A DNA stretch of 12,667 nucleotides, taken from Amoeboradix gromovi X-113 (taxonomy: Eukaryota; Fungi; Sanchytriomycota). This document shows positions 9,573 through 12,667 of this stretch, piece by piece. The notes under the pieces were generated by a model. The model was not told where the DNA came from. It searched no databases and saw nothing but the letters and a program-made list of their open reading frames with translations. The DNA lies in NCBI GenBank assembly GCA_018985225.1, contig JADGIF010000254.1, positions 1 through 12,667 on the forward strand, written 5' to 3'. The position numbers and the translations under genes were made by a program. The stretch's first letter is position 1. The number at the start of each line of letters is the position of its first letter.

Positions 9573-9579
9573 ATTTATT
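9568..9579. promoter_or_regulatory. Perfect palindrome AATAAATTTATT: back-to-back AATAAA hexamers, each containing the TAA stop of one convergent gene
   Basis: The HOP1 stop (9570-9572, +) and PANK stop (9575-9577, -) each lie inside an AATAAA. Function as a poly(A) signal is inferred. Confidence 0.5.
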
Positions 9580-11784
9580 TAATGTCAGTTGCTTCTTCAA
9601 ATATTACCATTCCTTCTTTTGAGTTCACACCCAGTTGCTCTGCTATAAATCTGTTTTTAAACACAGCTATTTTTATCAAATCACAGGTCATTTTGCAATT
9701 TAGATTGGTGTGTATAGCCCTGCCCATTCCTTCTATTACCACCAAATCGGCATCTTTGGATTCAATAACCAGTCTTTCATTTATCCTGTTTAAATTCAAA
9801 CAAGGTGAAAATTCGCCAGTAGCAATCACTTTCAAGTGTCCGTTTTCGCATGAGGTACTTATTAGCTCATCAACTGCCCCAATGTCCAATAGAATTTCTT
9901 TTAGTTCTGCAGCCTACATTATATTGAAATTACGGTGATATCATTTAAAGCGGGGAAAGAATTTGCAGCCAGTATGCACTCAGTGCCTTTGCTTAACAAG
10001 TATCTAGTTAGTGGCAGCATTCCTAATATTATATCACACCCACTATTGTCTACAAACAAAATACATTTACTATACGATTTATCTGATAGTGCGCTTGCTA
10101 ATCTATCCATGTCGTTATAGACTGGGCTTATAACCATTTCATTTAGTATTGAACCGAACATTTCAGCTCCCTTTTCGACCAAGTCGCTGACCTCCGTAGA
10201 TCCCCAGTCAAACATATTCCCTGCCAAAACATGTATTATCAATCTCTTGACCTTGGCTTCCCCATATAGGCGATCTAATGCATTGATTGTGTCCGTGTAT
10301 CTTGCTAATGCCATTTCGTTATCCTTTCGCTTAATGATGGCGTACAAATCATTAAATCCGACCTCCCGTAAACACTGTTCTCTCAAGTTTATTATTGTGC
10401 GGAAGCTCTGCTCTCCATATGCAAGTGGTTCAGTCCTTAACATTAAAATCTTTTCTCTAAACAGCAAGTCATATTTATTGATCATGAGTTGTAAAACTGA
10501 TTTACTAATTGAGGAGTTGCATTCAACTGCTATTTTGATAGTGTGTGGAATACTCTCTTGTAACACATTCAAATAATACTCACGAGATGCGTCATCTAGT
10601 AAATAAGTATCTGGATGATAATTTAGCGGATCTAATAACAGAGCAAATGGAAGCAACTTCTCGGATGCGCTGTCTAATACACCGTATCGACTTAATGACT
10701 CTACAGTAAACTTTGCTGAATGCATAAAATTCTCATGATACGAGTTTCGATTTTTAGATTTCATAGATAAAAATGCGCCCAGAGCACCCAAAAATCCCTC
10801 GTGTCGGGAGAAAAGTGCTTGCATTTCACCTTTTGACCAGTAATTGATAGCATATGACAAGGTTGTAATAGTTGTTGGGTGACCTCGAATGAAAAACCCG
10901 CTGAAAAAGATGTTTTCAATGTTATGCAGTTTGGCATGCAAGTAGGCAATTTGACCAATATTGTTACTAATCATGTACAACAAAGAAAGGCTTATATCTT
11001 CAGGCTGTAGCTCTTGGCCTTGCTCAAGCTGTTTAAAGATTTTACCGCAGCTACTAGCAATTGTTGATGATTTCAATCCAATTTTGGAATAGTCGGTACC
11101 ATAAATATCACCAACTAATAAGTCGACGTTGTTGTTATTACCTTTCTTTGTCAAATCTAAAATTTCGTCAAAATCTAATTTATTCAACTTGGAATGGCTA
11201 GAAAAGAGACTAGTCAATCCTAAAAATGTAGCACCACCTACCGATGAACCGCTTATACGCTCGTACTCTCTGTCAGATGACACCTTGATGATGCTTACAC
11301 CACTTCCAATGTTGACGAGTAAAAAAGGATATTTAGGTTTTGAAGAATCGATGTATTGGATGGGTAGCTCATTCTTGTAGTTGAACGAAAAGACTTCATA
11401 TGGAATCTCTTTTAATAAAAAATTCATTCCTTTCACCGTGCAGTCCATTTCATCATGCTTGTCTAGTACAATTCCCAGCTCCTCCTTGAATAGTGAGGCA
11501 AACTTGTGAGCACCGCCACCAGTAGCAGTGATATTGACCTGTTCCATATTGAGAACAATGTTCTTTAGAAAATCAATAAGCTCATTGATTTTCTGGGTCT
11601 CAAACTTTGTAAATATCAGCCTTCCTCCGGTGGATTGACGTTTTGTAAAGTATACAACCTTGGCTAAAGTGCCACCAAGATCCAAAGCAATGTGTGTAAT
11701 CTCTTCATTTTGAAATGGCAGAATTATATCATTAACCTCTTTCCTTTCTCTCGAATTTGAAATGAATGCCCCAGACAATTCCAT
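9575..11784 (-). CDS. PANK4: Bifunctional type II pantothenate kinase + DUF89/ARMT1-like phosphopantetheine phosphatase (PANK4/plant PANK2 architecture), complement(join(9575..9913,9934..11784)), 729 aa
   Basis: Kinase motifs ALDLGGTLAK, ATGGGAHKF, DEMDC, LLVNIGSGVSI, RISGSSVGGATF, VDLLVGDIYG, ISNNIGQIA and HEGFLGALGA. DUF89 motifs AGNMFDWG, FVDNSGCD, PALNDIT|AAEL, SPCLNL and EGMGRAIHTN. Confidence 0.95.
9914..9933 (-). other. 20-nt spliceosomal intron in PANK (GTAATTTCAATATAATGTAG), phase 0
   Basis: GT..AG. It contains the stop of ORF 9919..11784, and removal gives PALNDIT-AAEL, as in the conserved PALNDVTxxE motif. Confidence 0.9.
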
Positions 11785-12214
11785 GTTGTTTGGGTTTCAA
11801 AATGATATTTATAAATAATTAGCGAATCTTGATTTTATTAGAGCTTTTTAGGCAATCCACCGTAAGAGATGTAACGGCTGGTATTTAAAGAGGTATCCAT
11901 CCGCGATCATCTATAAATTGGGCGAAATAGTACTGCTATCATTTTTGGTAAATTCAATCTCAAAGACAGGTACGAGAGATATTGCTTTAACAATTTCTTT
12001 TGCAGTTGCTTTTGCAATTACATTCATTCCCATCACCTTGTGATTAGAGCTATAGCATTGGTTTAGAAGTAGTTAGTCCAGTTTTTATATTTGATGTCCC
12101 ATTTGTTGAGAGAAATCGGATAGTCTTGAGAAAGAGTAGGTTATGTATCGATTAGCTATTTCTTCAGAGTTCACATATTCAGGATCTCTAGACCTTGACT
12201 TATTTCGATTGATG

Positions 12215-12489
12215 AAAAAGAAGAATATCGAGTTTTTATGCTATTAAAAGTATCTGCAAAATAATTATCGGTGTCATAAAAATCACGTAATCGCTATAAA
12301 TGGTTTTTCAATTGAATTCCGTAGCTTTACTATTTCGGAATTTGGCAGAAGGAGCTGCTTTCTTTTCATGCAACAGCTTGACTATTTTCTTGAATAAATC
12401 ATTTGTCGCGAATTTGTATGCATTTTTGTATAAGTTCAAGACTTTTCCAGATTTTCCTAATTGCTTAAACACTCGATATTCTTCCTTTT
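12215..12489. repeat. Long degenerate inverted repeat (foldback/MITE-like relic or long hairpin), axis ~12351
   Basis: 12215-12261 matches the reverse complement of 12443-12489 at 38/47 positions ungapped (hand count), with a perfect 14-mer GAAGAATATCGAGT. A second inner block, 12291-12311 vs 12390-12411 (18/22), lies on the same axis. Confidence 0.65.
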
Positions 12490-12667
12490 TGCAAATGGTA
12501 AATTAAATCTAAAGAAATAACTAGTAGGTACAGCATACAAAGACATATGATCTGATATACTTACCCTCGTTGGATACGAGCCAAATGCTAAGTAGCTTGT
12601 CGAGCAAGGTCGCAAGAAACATGTCTACAATGTCCCATTACGCGTTCAAGGAACGCTTGAAGTTCAA

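Noticed and set aside
1147-11380. Short antisense or overlapping ORFs (1147-1392, 2903-3112, 4141-4371, 5278-5499, 5330-5575, 8347-8625, 8976-9158, 9582-9938, 9935-10120, 10247-10576, 10761-10958, 11129-11380)
   Set aside because: They are shadows of well-supported genes on the opposite strand or in another frame, with no recognisable motifs.
11810-12240. Minus-strand frame broken only by TAA/TAG, suggesting a TAR=Gln genetic code
   Set aside because: Conserved genes end in TAA/TAG and have hundreds of codons without internal TAR, so the code is standard. The stop count in this frame is not convincingly below chance.
12300-12506. 68-aa plus-strand ORF
   Set aside because: No motifs, and it lies inside the degenerate palindrome, so it is not supportable as a gene.
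12557-12667. ATACTTACC resembling the 5' end of U1 snRNA
   Set aside because: No U1-70K loop (GATCA..) or U1A loop (ATTGCAC) follows. It is equally the reverse complement of a GGTAAGTAT donor-like string, and the window ends before it can be evaluated.
12641-12667. Overlapping mini-hairpins GCGTTC/GAACGC and TTCAAG/CTTGAA
   Set aside because: The stems are only 6 bp and truncated by the window edge, so they are indistinguishable from chance.

Overview
This is a very gene-dense, AT-rich eukaryotic window in the standard genetic code, most similar to a compact fungal/holomycotan genome (inference; organism not identifiable from here). Recognisable genes: glycogenin (-), an unknown coiled-coil tail-anchored protein (+), a miniature RNase H2 subunit C (-), PTEN (+), proteasome beta-2/PUP1 (-), a short hypothetical protein (-), tRNA-Lys(CTT) (+), a Hop1-like HORMA-PHD meiotic protein (+) and a fused pantothenate kinase/DUF89 phosphatase (PANK4-type, -). 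The main signal is that four conserved genes split in the ORF track (PTEN, PUP1, HOP1, PANK) are each restored by removing one GT..AG intron of only 19, 19, 19 and 20 nt. These share the consensus GTAWT...TWATKTAG with an invariant A six bases from the 3' end, i.e. an ultra-short spliceosomal intron system. Other signals are stop codons embedded in A(A/G)TAAA hexamers, convergent genes 2-7 bp apart, and a ~275-bp degenerate palindrome near the right end. Three stretches (1-660, 6200-8340, 11800-12667) have no intact gene that I could reconstruct.
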